Source: Takakia lepidozioides
Taxonomy: Eukaryota > Plantae > Bryophyta
Reading direction: 5' to 3'
NCBI GenBank assembly: GCA_030704615.1
Contig: CM060733.1
Location: 74,462,001 to 74,526,000 of the forward strand
DNA length: 64,000 nt
Positions 25,538 to 37,344 of the stretch are shown piece after piece. A model generated the notes under the pieces. That model was not told the origin of the DNA. It ran no database searches and saw only the letters and a list, made by a program, of their open reading frames with translations. Every line of letters begins with the position of its first letter. The first letter of the stretch is position 1. The position numbers and the translations under genes are program-made.

Positions 25538-26263
25538 TGTGGCGGCCCTTTGCCTTGAGGGCAGGGGGGGGGGGACACATGAGGGGCTGCCCCTGTGGGG
25601 GGGGCAGCGGCAGCGATAGGTATGGGGGGCTGAAGCACCCTTGAGTGCCCAAGGCACTCAAGGAGGCGGAGGCGCTCACTAGGTGGAGCCCCGCACACCG
25701 GGTTGCGGTGGGGGTGGCTCCACAAGGGGTGGTGGTAGCTTAGCGGGACTTAGTGGGGGTGGCATAGGACTCACCATGGGGGCGGAGACCTCGTGGTGGG
25801 AGTCGTGGGGAGTCTTGGGACTCATCACGGTCCATAGGGGCCGTGGTGAGTGGGCCAAGACTCACCGCGACTCATCACCGGGAAGTCGAGGGTTTTTCGT
25901 GGTGGTTCGCCATAAAATGGCATGGCTGGTTGTGAAACCCCCGCGGACAGCTACAGAAAGTATATAGGAGTAGAGTAACCCGAGAACGGTGCAAGCCCGG
26001 GTGACCAAAAATGATGTGAGGAAGCGAGCGAGCGGAAAGCGACCAAAGAGTGGGGGAGCTGTTCCGGACTGCCAACTACCAAAGGGAATTCCCCTGGTTC
26101 CAAATCGGTGGAGGGTTCTTTGGGAGTTCAAAGGGGGACCGTTATGCCCCGGTGAGCAGCCAAAGCTCCAAGTTGGTCCGGGGGCCAGGTTGGGAGTTAG
26201 GCGCGCGCATCAAGCTAGCAACTATGACTTGAAGGGGAGCTTACCGAAGTGAGGTGCGCGACA
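25538..26263 (+). repeat. 3' LTR of B
   Basis: Direct repeat of the 5' LTR, preceded by a PPT. Confidence 0.93.
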
Positions 26264-28755
26264 CACAATTGTTGAACCCTGGATAAAGTCATCCAGCTCA
26301 ATTGTGCCCACAGCTCCAGAGTACCTACGAGGCCCCTTGGTAGCTCCATACATCTCCTCCATGTCGTCCCACAACAATGCGAAAACTGCACACCTGTTGA
26401 TGAAGCCTCCGAGTCTGTGTCTGACTCTGCACTAGTTGAGGGTGGAGGTGAAGGTGGTCTGAAACGAATACCTCATCTGGTAACCCACTCTCACTGCTAC
26501 TGCGTGTAGCCATATTCCCCTCAGAACCCCTGGGTAACTCCGTGATGTCACTCACAATGTGCACCTCCCCCACGTGATACTATAAGGCTCTAGTACTAAT
26601 TCTAATAGTGACACGGTAGGCACCTTTGCAGTTTAAGGGTCATATCCCAGTGGCTCAGGGCACCTTGCATCCACCGCAAGAACTCCTATGGTTGGCTGGT
26701 CATCAACCCAGTCTCACCATAGAAGAAACACTGGGTCTTGCTGGTCATCACTCCAGCCTCACCACCGACAGCATACCTAGGATTGACCGTGATCAAATCC
26801 GGCCTAATCCTATGAAAGCAAGCGCCCACACAAACCAACATGGCGCACAGTCAAGCATGCAGGTGTTTGGGGGATCCAAACACAAGAAATCAAAACATCA
26901 ACACCCCCACACCAAAATCCATCTGCAATGCTGATCCTGTAGAATAGCCAAAATCCAGACTGACTGGCCTCCACCAAGAGAGGCTTTGGCAACTACAAGT
27001 AAAGTAATGAAATAGTAAGAGATGGAGGGGAAGAATAGAAGCCCGACCAGCCTAATCCTGATCTATGCTATCAACTGCCAGACTTCTCTCAAAGTGCCTC
27101 GCTCTGCATGATGGTAAGGTGTAGCGGTATATCTATGTCCAGAAACCTGCCACTAACCTTGTCCCAGCTACAGTAGCTCGCTCTAACCAACCCTCCTCCT
27201 CTTTCTGCGAGGTAGAGACAAAGCAGTACTCCCCTATCTCCCGCTCACTGAACACCGCCTGTGATCCAAGTGCTCCACTTGATCCAGGTCCAACAGGTTG
27301 GGATGTCCTAGTTGTAGTCTCAACCTCAACTGTTGGGTCTACTTCTTCATACTCTTCATCTTCCAAGGTTTCCTCTTTCTCACTCATATAACTCAACTGG
27401 AGTGGTATTGGAGAGTCAACACTCTGTTGGCTCTGCCACATCCTCCTCTCCTTCTTTGTCTTGTGATTCAAAAACTGGAGTTCCTGCTTTTGGTGTCCCA
27501 TGCCAACTCTGATCAAAGATTTATGTCAAATCTTTAATCCAGGGATGTACCTCAGATCTCTCCCCTCGTGGTTGATCTTCTTCCTCTATCAAATCCCTTA
27601 ATCTTTCTTGTAAAGAATAAGAAGGAGTGGCATCCAACTCTGGTTCTTCCGGTATGGGTGATGTACGATCTTAATGGTGTGAGGTCCAAATGATTCCCCT
27701 ATGTCTATTCCTCTCTTCCAAAGATATGGATAATTAGCTTTCAAATAACTTTCTTTTGGCTGAATATCTATGAAGTCTAGCTTCTCTTTCATCACTCATC
27801 CCATGTCTTTCATATTTTTAATGAGGCAATAACCAAAACTCTCTTCTGTAGTATCTCTCGTATATGCCTAGATTTCTCTCAAGCTTTAATGCACCCTTGG
27901 CTATACTAGAAGTCTCCGTTACCACCATATGGCAAGCACGTCTGGAAAGCTGTTCTTGGTGTAAGTTTGATCCACAGGATATCCTTGGGAATCCAATTCT
28001 TTACCAGTACGCATATGAGTGTAAACATTCACTTTCCGTTCCTCCCAGCCTTCAAACTCCACTCGTTTAATGGATAGCAACGCTATCACATAAACCAGTG
28101 TTGTAACCAACTTGCTCTCCCTCTACAGACTTGATAAATCTTTATCGACCCCACTCTGGATCTACATCATGCACTCTCTTAAGAATGTTTTCTTTTCACC
28201 GTCTGGCAATTCCAAAAACCTCTGAAAGAATTGTTTGGACAACCTTTCTTTCTCAGCTCCACAGGGAATTTGATTCACATCAAATTCTTTAATTCTCCAA
28301 CCACCATGATCCCACAGATGCCTGTCACATCTGGTTTGTTCTACCCAGTTCCCCAGTATGGTCGCCAAATGTCCGGCTTTTACTCACCCATCCCTTCGCT
28401 ATCCGAGGTGGAAACTCCAAGATAGAAGAGTTGTATCTCTAAACACTCAGCCCCGCTCAGAACATCAGTCATGACCTACAACCAGTGTATCATGGAAGTG
28501 CTTCTTGTTTGTATTCCTTCTTGCCTTCATGTCAGCAATTACCTTACTTTATATTTAAGTATTAGGCTTCAGCAATCCACCAGGTTCCTTCACTCTATTC
28601 ATTCCACAGCTTCCAGGTCTCTCTACACAATGTGGTATGGAATATGTATCAGATTAAGTTATATCAAGTAACAGGCGAAGCCATGGTGTATCTAATCTGC
28701 TCTACAGTATCACCCTACAGCTAAGCATGTATCAAGCATCTACAGATTGTCTCTC

Positions 28756-29680
28756 TGTTAGAGGACTGTAGGGGACTTAGACACTTATACGGGATCTGTA
28801 GGGTACCCTTAATTTTTGCACAGACTGAGACCAACAGGAGCCTTAGGGGTGACAGCAGCGCACTGTAGAGGGGGTTACACAGCGTCACAGCTCACAGGCC
28901 AACACAGCCACACAGCCCGTCACAGTCGTCACAAAGCCAACACAGCCAACACAGCCGACACAGTTGCACAGCCACACCACACAGCCCACAGCAGACACAG
29001 CCACACAGTCGCACAGCCAGTCACAGCCCGTTTTTCACACAGCCAGTCACAGCTTGACACAGCTGTCACGATCATAGGGAACGAAGAGTAGGACAGGGAA
29101 CGACTGTGGGGAACAACACCTGCGAAGGGAACATGTTAGTTCACAGACGACGGTTAGTGAGGGAAACGGTTAGAACCGCGGATAGGAAGATAAAGGGAAA
29201 CGGGGAATGGAGGGGGATTATCATTATTCGGAGGAGGACTTCTTAGTGAGGCTGGAGCGGAGATCGGAGCAAAGTGAAGGAGAGAGGATTAGTAGATGCT
29301 TGTTATATGCAAAGCTGTAGTGATATTGTAGAGCAGATTAGAGACACAATGGCTTCGGCCTGATACCTGATAAATCATAATCTGATACTTATACGATACA
29401 ATCACACTGTGTAGAGAGATCTGAGTGAAGCTGTGGATTGAATGGATGAGTGAAGGAAACCGATAGATTGATGAAGCAAACTGATACTTAATTATCAATG
29501 GTAAGGTAGCTAAGATGAATGCGGAAAAGGAAACAAATAGGAAACACCCCCATGATACACTAGCTGTAGGTCATGACTGATTGTTCTGCGCGGGCTGAGT
29601 ACTTAGAGATTTCCAACTCTTCTATCTTGGAGTTTCCGCCTCGGATAGCGAAGGGATGGGTGAGTAAAAGCCGCGCGACA
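28756..29680 (+). repeat. 5' LTR of D
   Basis: TGTTAG...CGCGACA; contains a CACAGC-rich tract. Confidence 0.94.
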
Positions 29681-29832
29681 TTTGGCGACCATACTGGGGA
29701 CCTGGACATGAACAACCAGATGTGACAGGCATCTGGTGGGATCATGGTGGTTGGACCATTAAAATTTGAAGTGAATCAAATTCCCTGTGGAACGAAGGAA
29801 GAAAGATTGTCCAAACATTCTTTCAAAGGTTC

Positions 29833-30264
29833 TTGGAATTGCCAGACGGTTGTAAAGAAAATATTCTTAAACGAGTGCATGATGCTGATCCAGAATGGGG
29901 TCTGGAGAAAGGAGTGATAAAGATTTATCAGGTAGCCTGTAGAGGAAGAGCACGTTGGTTACCAACATTGGTTTATGTGATAGCATTGCTATCCATTAAA
30001 CGAGTAGAGTTTGAAGGCTGGGAAGAAAGAAAGGTGAATGTTTATACTCATATGCATGAAGAGCTTGTACTGGTAAAGAATTGGATTCCAAAGGATATTT
30101 TGTGGATCAAACTCACACCAAGAACAGCTTTTCAGACTTGTTTGCCATATGGTTATATGGTAACGGAGACTTCAAGTATAGCCAAGGGTGCATTGAAGCT
30201 TGAAAGAAACCCAGGCATATACGAGAGATATTACAGAAGAGAGTTTTGGTTATTGCCACATTAA
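29833..30264 (+). CDS. Extra ORF upstream of gag in D, function unknown
   Basis: 143 aa ORF conserved in D' (27830-28220, minus). Confidence 0.55.
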   Translation: MELPDGCKENILKRVHDADPEWGLEKGVIKIYQVACRGRARWLPTLVYVIALLSIKRVEFEGWEERKVNVYTHMHEELVLVKNWIPKDILWIKLTPRTAFQTCLPYGYMVTETSSIAKGALKLERNPGIYERYYRREFWLLPH

Positions 30265-30285
30265 AAGAAATGAAAGACATGGGAC

Positions 30286-32335
30286 ATGAGTGATGAAAGA
30301 GAAGCTAGACGACAGAGATATTCAGCAAAAAGAGAAAGCTATCTGAAAGCTAATTATCCATATCTTTGGGAGAGAGGAATAGACATAGGGGAATCATCTG
30401 GACCTCTCACACCATCAAGATCAAAGAGTGCATCACCTATACCGGAAGAACTAGAGTTGGATGCCACTCCTTCTGTTTCTTTGCAAGAAAGATTAAGGGA
30501 ATTGGTACAGGAAGAAGATCAATCACGAGGTGAAAGATCTGAGGTACATCCTTGGATAAAAGACTTGACAGAAATCTTTGATAAGAGTTGGCATGGAACA
30601 CCAAAAGCAGGAACTCCAGTTTCTGAAGCAGAAGATGAAGAAGGAGAAGAGGATGTGGCAGAGCCAACGGAGAGTTCAGACTCTCCAACACCATTACAGT
30701 TGAGTTACATGAGTGAAGAAGAAACCCAAGGGCAGAACTTGGAGGATGAAAACAGAGAGAAGAAATTGAAGAGGAAGAATATGAAGAAGTAGACCCAACA
30801 GCTGAGGTTGAGACTACAACCAGGACATCCCAACCCGTTGGACCTGGATCAAGTGGAGCACTTGGATCACAGGCCAACGAAGGTGTCGGCTCAGGGGGAT
30901 CAGGCGGGCTGCCTGGATCTGGCTCTGGGGGGACAGGGAGTGTGGGAAGTAGTGCAACTGAAGCTGGGAATACTGTGAATATCGTGGGGCCAGAAGCAGG
31001 AGTGCTCAAGGGCCACCACTTGGTGGAAGATCCACCACAAAAACAACAGGTCCAGAAGGACCAGCACCAGCAAGGGTGCCAGCACCTGTCAGTGGGCAGA
31101 AGGTAGGGCCACAGATGGCGTTACAACCAACACGGGCAAAACCACCCTTTCCAATATATTCAGGAAAAGGGGATCCCGATGTACACATTAGCCAATTTGA
31201 GCACATGTGTATAGTGAACAATGAGAATGGCGATGATGCCAAGATGAGACTGTTTCCTTGTTCACTTATCAAGAAGCAAGTGAATGGTATGCAAGATTCC
31301 CTGATAATCATTTCCTAACCTGGAATGGCTTGAATACAGCATTTCGAAATAGGTTCAGGACAAGTAAAACTGAGGATGAAGTGTATGGAAGTTTACAACA
31401 GCTGAAGCAGAAGAAGCATGAAACTGTTGAAGAGTATATGGAGAAGATGGAATTGATGATGAAAAAGCTGGCTGCAGTACCAGCGCCCCGGTTTACAGAA
31501 GACTTGGTTTGTGAGTGGACTAAGACCAGAGTTGCAAAAGAAAGTGGATATGTTACCCCATAATACAGTGGAGGAGGCATTTGAAACTGCAACAGAATTG
31601 AGCAATTGGGAATGCTCAGGAGAGAGAAAAAGAAGATGAGGACTCTGAGGATGAGTCAGATGAAGAAGAAGAGCAAGAACTAAAAAAGAGTAAGAGAAAG
31701 GAGAAGTTGAAGAGGGATAACTGAAAAAAATTGGAAAATCTTGAAGAAGTATGCCACAAGAGGCTGCAACACATTGGAGGAAGGGTGTATGGTGTGCAAA
31801 GTGCCAGAATGAAGGCCATACCACCACAGAATGCCACATGAAGGAGAAACACTGTACTATCTGTAAAATGGATAACCATTCTACTGAGAATTGTTACTAC
31901 AACAGAAGGACAGCTGCAAGAGAACCTAGGCAAGTAAGGGTGCATCAGGTGCAGCCCCAGCCAAGAAGAAACAATGATCAGGACCACTATGGTAGGTCTG
32001 GTGGTTATAACAATGGCATGGAAGGGAGAGGTAATTCAAGAGGGAATTACCAAGGAAATTCCAGAGGCAACTATCAGGGTAATCCAAGGGGGAATTACCA
32101 GCCCGGGAATCAGGATTATAGAAATAATCCAAGAACAGACCAAGGGCGAGGACCCAATGGTGAAGAGCTATGTTACTATTGTAATCAGCCAGGACATCGC
32201 AAGGCAGCCTGTTCATTCTGGATAAGACACCAGAATGAGATGAGAGCTCCTGTGAATGAGGGCCCAGTGGTGGCAGCTCACATGGTTAGGCCATGTGTTG
32301 TACCAAGTAAGTACAATGATAGTAACAAGAAGTAA
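30286..32335 (+). pseudogene. gag: gag of D (frameshifted) with zinc knuckles
   Basis: YSGKGDPDVHISQFE, QLKQKKHETVEEY, CAKCQNEGHTTTEC and CYYCNQPGHRKAAC. Confidence 0.85.
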
Positions 32336-35300
32336 AGCCAAACTAATACCTCCAGTAGAAGAGGAAGAAGATGAGACTGGAAGTGGCAATGATATGCCTG
32401 AAGATGAAGAGACTTGGAAAGATGAGAAGGAACTGCACAAGGAAGTGGCAGATACTATAAGGGAAATGCAAAAGAGTACTGATATTCCTGTGGCAGATTC
32501 CTCTGATTCGGATGGAGAAAAAGAAGGGAGTGAGGAAGAAAGGAAAAAAGAAGATGCAGACATGCAAAGTAATGAAGAGACTTTGGCTGAAGTAATATGT
32601 CAGACAAAGCAGAAATTACCATTGGACAGCTATTAGCTGTGGCACCTTATTGTAGGCACAGGCTGTATCAAGCAATCAATCGAATTGCCCAAGAGACAGG
32701 AAACACAGACCTGAACAGCAAGGTGACCAGTTATAATGTGAAGCCGGAAGGGCGAGAACCAGTCATGGACTTTGATGATTCTATGCCAGTAATCCAATTG
32801 AGAATTGGAAGCACAGAACTAACTGATGTACTGATAGATGGTGGTTCTGGAGTAAATATCATGACAGACCAATTAAGGAAGAAGCTTGGTCTAAGTAACA
32901 TGAAACCAGCCCCATTTACAGTAACAATGGCAGATCAAAGAAGTGTACAGCCATTGGGATTGAGGAGTTAAGATACAGATACAGAAATGATCTTTATGAT
33001 CACAGTAACTGTATTAAAAATGGATGAAGTCATGGAGGCTTACTCCTTATTATTGGGACGTCCGTGGCTGAAACAGGCCAGGGTATTCCATGACTGGAAT
33101 TCTCAGTTACTAACCGTGCATAATGGGATACACGAGATACAAATTACCACAAAGAAATCTAGTAGATTACCTGCTACAAGAAGACCTCGAGGAGTCAGAG
33201 AGTATGACTGGAGAGGAGGACTGGATGAGGAGCAGGAAGCTACCCTATTTGCTGCACACCCAGAGTGGGAGCAGGTTGCAGAGATGCGGCTGGAAAGCCT
33301 AAGTTGTTTGAGAGGTATCTGCTGTGGTGTAGTGACAGCAACACCAACTGAAGAGGAAACCAGCATTTACCCATCACATTTCTATGAAGAAAGAGAAGGA
33401 GAAATAGAAATCCTAGAAGAACCAGCCACTGTGAGCTTACAGGATGAAGTGGTGACTGGTTGGACAATCACAGCTGATGAGCAGGTGAGAGAAGTAAATG
33501 TGGGAACTCAGGAGGAACCGAGGATGGTGAAAGTAGGAGCTGATTTGGAGCCGGAATTCTTCGAAGAAGCTAAAAGCTTGTTCATCAAATACAGAGATGT
33601 ATTTGCTTGGAGCTATGAGGATCTAAAAGGGATACCACCTGAAGTCTGTCAGCATAAGATTGAACTGGAACCAGGGTCAGTACCAATCAAGCAGGCGAGG
33701 TATAGAATGAATCCCAACTACGCACAGAAGGTTGGAGAAGATAAAGAAGTTGGCTGAGGCTAAGTTTATATACCCAATAGAGTATACAACTTGGTTGTCA
33801 CCCATTGTTATAGTTCCCAAGAAGAATGGCAAACTAAGAGTATGTGTGAACTATAAAGCTGAATGCTTGTACGAAGAAAGATCCTTTCCCTTTGCCATTC
33901 ACAAGCAGTATTAGACACTGTGGCAGGCCATGAGATGTACTCATTCATGGATGGCTTCAGTGGTTATAATCAAGTGCAAGTGGCAGAAGAAGACCAAGGG
34001 AAAACAGCTTTCATCACAGACTGGGGGGCTTATGCATACAAAGTCATGCCCTTTGGACTTTGTAATGCACCAGCGACCTTTCAGAGAGTGATAAGTGAAT
34101 CTTTTCATGAGTATCTGGATGATTTCATGCAGGTGTTCTTGGATGATTTCAGTGTGTACAGCTCTAAGAATGAGCACTTGCATAAATTGGAGTTATGCCT
34201 GGCCAGATGCAGGATGAGAGGTCTGGGCTTGAATCCAGAGAAGTGTACTTTCTGTGTGAACTCAGGGGTGCTTCTGGGACACATTGTGTGTAAGAAGGGA
34301 CTCTTGTGGATCCCAGGAAGACAGAGTCCATTAAAGCCTCTCCACCACCAGTGAATGTTAAGAGTTTAAGGAGATTCCTTGGGCAAACCAGTTATTACAG
34401 AAGATTTGTCAAAAGGTATGCACAAATAGCAGCACCATTGAGCAAGCTTCTGAAGAAAGATGCAGTGTTTGCCTGGACAGCTGAATGTCAACAGGCGTTT
34501 GAGGAACTTACACTGTCAGTAACAACTACACCCTGTGCTGATTAACCCTCACTGGCATGTAGTATTTCATGTTCACTGCGATGCATCAGGAGAAGCGTTG
34601 GGAGCGGTGTTAGCCCAGAATGTTACAGGGAATATAGATTCACCTGTGTACTATGCTAGCCGGTTGATGAACAGTGCTGAGAGGAACTATAGCACAACGG
34701 AAAGAGAAGCATTGGCAATGATTTATGCAGTGAAGAAATTCAGGCATTACCTATTGGGAAGAAATGTTTTATATGTGGATCACCAGGCTCTGATATATCT
34801 GGTGAACAAACCTTTGATAAGTGGAAGGATAGCGAGGTGGTTAATAATCTTGCATGAGTTTGAGTTCGAGGTTATTTACAAGCCTGGCCGTTTGCATCTT
34901 GTGGCAGATCATTTGTCACGACTAACAACAGGAGAGGCCGCCACAGGAGTGGACGATCAGTTACCTGATGCGAGTTTATTTGTAATGGAGGTGCAAGGAA
35001 GTGCAGATGAATGGTTAGATTGGCAGTGGCCAATCAGATACTACCTTGCTCATGGTCAGTGCCCACCTAGTTATGGTAAGGAGCAGAGGAAGAGAATCGC
35101 TATCAAAGCTTTACCTTATACTATGGTAGGAAGCAGAATGTATAAGTTAGGACCTGATGGAGTACTAAAACGATGCTTGTACCACCATGAAGTAAATAAA
35201 GTTTTTGGAGGAAGTTCATAAAGGAGTGGCTGGAGGTCATTTTGGAGAAGAGACTACCAGTAGAAAGACTACTACTCGCAGGATACTGGTGGCCTACTTT

Positions 35301-36462
35301 GTTCAAAGATGTACACGAGTATTGTCAGAAGTGTGATGAATGTCAGAGGCTAGGACCTTTGCAGAGATCTGGAAGAATGGCCTTGCATCCTACAATGCCT
35401 ACGGAACCATTTCAGAAATGGGGACTAGACTTTGTTGGACCAATTAATCCACCATCCAAGAATACACGAAACAGGTACATAATTACAGCCACTGATTATA
35501 CTACAAAGTGGGTGGAAGCTAAAGCTTTGAGGGACAACACAGCCAAGTCCACAGCAAGGTTCCTGTACGAGAACATACTTACACGATTTGGCTGTCCCTT
35601 AGAATTTATCAGTGATCAAGGAAGTCACTTCATGAATGAGACCATTGAGTTGTTGACTAAAGAGTTTATGATTGTGCATAGAAAGAGTACAACATATTAC
35701 CCACAGGGTAATGGGCAGGCAGAGGCTACCAACAAAATACTATGTACTATCTTGGCTAAGATAGTCAATGCAAACAGAACGGATTGGGATACAAAGCTGC
35801 TGACAGCTTTGTGGTCATACAGGACTTCATATAAAGTCACCACTAAGTATACACCATTCCAATTAGTTTATGGTATGGAAGCCTTACTTCCAGTGGAATT
35901 CCTGTTACCTACCATGAGAACGGAGTGGGGAAAAAGAATGGAATTGCAAGACTCCATCAAGGTCAGGAAACATGAATTATACCATGTGGAAGAAGTACGT
36001 GCTGATGCAGCTGATAATATGACCAGAATTCAGATGAAGAGAAAGGAACAGTTTGATGAAGGCAAGTTAAAGACTTTTAAGACGGGGGATTTGGTTCTAT
36101 GGTTGCAGAAGAAAGGAAGATTCAAGCTTCTAAGCTTAAATCACCATGGAAAGGACCTTATGTCATACAAAAGATGTATGATAACAACAACCGCCATGTT
36201 ACAAACCATTAACAAAGAAATGCTGGGAAGAGTCAATGCAAATAAGTTGAAGGGGTACAGTGGTATCCATGACAAACCCCTGCAGCATGATTTGCATGTT
36301 GAACCGCAAGAGCAGTCACGGGCTGCACCAGTGTTACGAACGGAGTATGGAACACTTGTCGCTAGGCCCAGCATATATGACCAGGGTGGGCAAAAAAAGT
36401 ATCACAGCCCATCACGTGGCCTATCACAGACGCAACACAGCCTATCACACAGCCCATCATGA
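32320..36462 (+). pseudogene. pol: pol of D (PR, RT, RH, IN), frameshifted
   Basis: [47 protein letters not shown] and YPQGNGQAE. Confidence 0.93.
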
Positions 36463-37344
36463 CACGCCTTTATCATTATCACAGCCCATCACACACACAA
36501 TTAGCAGTGTCACAGCCTATCACAGCTTACCACAGTGCATCACAGCCTATCACAGCGTACACAGTATGACACAGCCTGTCACAGCTCAACACAGCCTACT
36601 AAAGTTACACGATCCATAGAATCAGTGACAAGTGGACACATAATAACTTCAGGAAAATGGCTGAAGGAAGAGAAACGGAAATTACTTTAAAAATAGACAC
36701 GTGGAGGTCAGGGCGCGACACACAGCAGAGAATGAAGTGCAAGGACAGGTGTCAAAAAAAAAAGAGGACAAGAACGGCCGTCAAAAGGGATGAAAGGCGG
36801 GCCCATTAATGAATACGGAAAAAGGGAAACGGAACGAACGGCAAGTACAGAAAAGCGAATTCTTGTCACATGTGTGATCCTAGTGGACTATCCAACAGGG
36901 AAAGTCCACTAAAGAAGATAAATTAAAATCCAGTCACAGCGGATACAGCCAATAGAAAACCAGAGAAAGGATCAAGAAAATGGAGGGAAATTGAGCGCAA
37001 GAGGCGGCGTCGTTCTGAGTAACGGGCGTCTCGACAGGACAGGCCATAAATGCTATAACTTGGAAACTATGGAGGAACTAACAGACTATACGCTCGCAAT
37101 ATTACTTACGCAGTGGCATAGACACGAAAGACAGAGCAGAGCTTTTCTCTTGAGCGATGCTTGCAAGCCCCGCAGGCTTACAAGAAATTACCCATAGCTT
37201 TCTGGCAACCATACGTTTGCTTTGTGCACTACAGGCATTCCTGCAGTTGTTACAGCCAAAACAGTTCTGTGAGTCTAAAATGAAGAGAGTGAGAGGAATG
37301 GAGGAAATCAGGTGAAGAGCACCACAATTCTGCAGAAACAAACG

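Larger units (their letters stand above)
19340..26263 (+). mobile_element. Full-length chromodomain-bearing Ty3/gypsy element B (chromovirus)
   Basis: LTRs at 19340-20063 and 25538-26263; PBS TGGTATCAGAGC at 20066-20077; PPT GGTAGGGGTGGG; near-TSD CACAC/CACAA. Confidence 0.93.
18202..26513 (-). pseudogene. gag: Element C gag (26264-26513 and 18202-19339, split by element B), with CCHC knuckles
   Basis: QDFQRKPSESLREAYTHM, CGHCGKYGHGDAQC; the frame GFNN|CDLQQMRN joins across the B insertion. Confidence 0.75.
6365..27256 (-). mobile_element. Ty3/gypsy element C: gag-PR-DNMT-(RT core deleted)-RH-IN-PHD. 5' LTR lost; interrupted by M1a and B
   Basis: Domain order on minus: 3' LTR 6365-6892, PPT ~6893-6905, and reading frames that continue across both nested insertions. 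Confidence 0.85.

Noticed and set aside
27176-27190. Possible PBS for element C (TGGTTAGAGCGAGC on minus)
   Set aside because: Not adjacent to an LTR end, and I cannot match it to a tRNA 3' end.
28880-29070. CACAGC-rich tracts (also 2890-3030, 36400-36600, 40970-41150)
   Set aside because: Low-complexity parts of the D-family LTR and internal sequence, not independent features or telomeric repeats.
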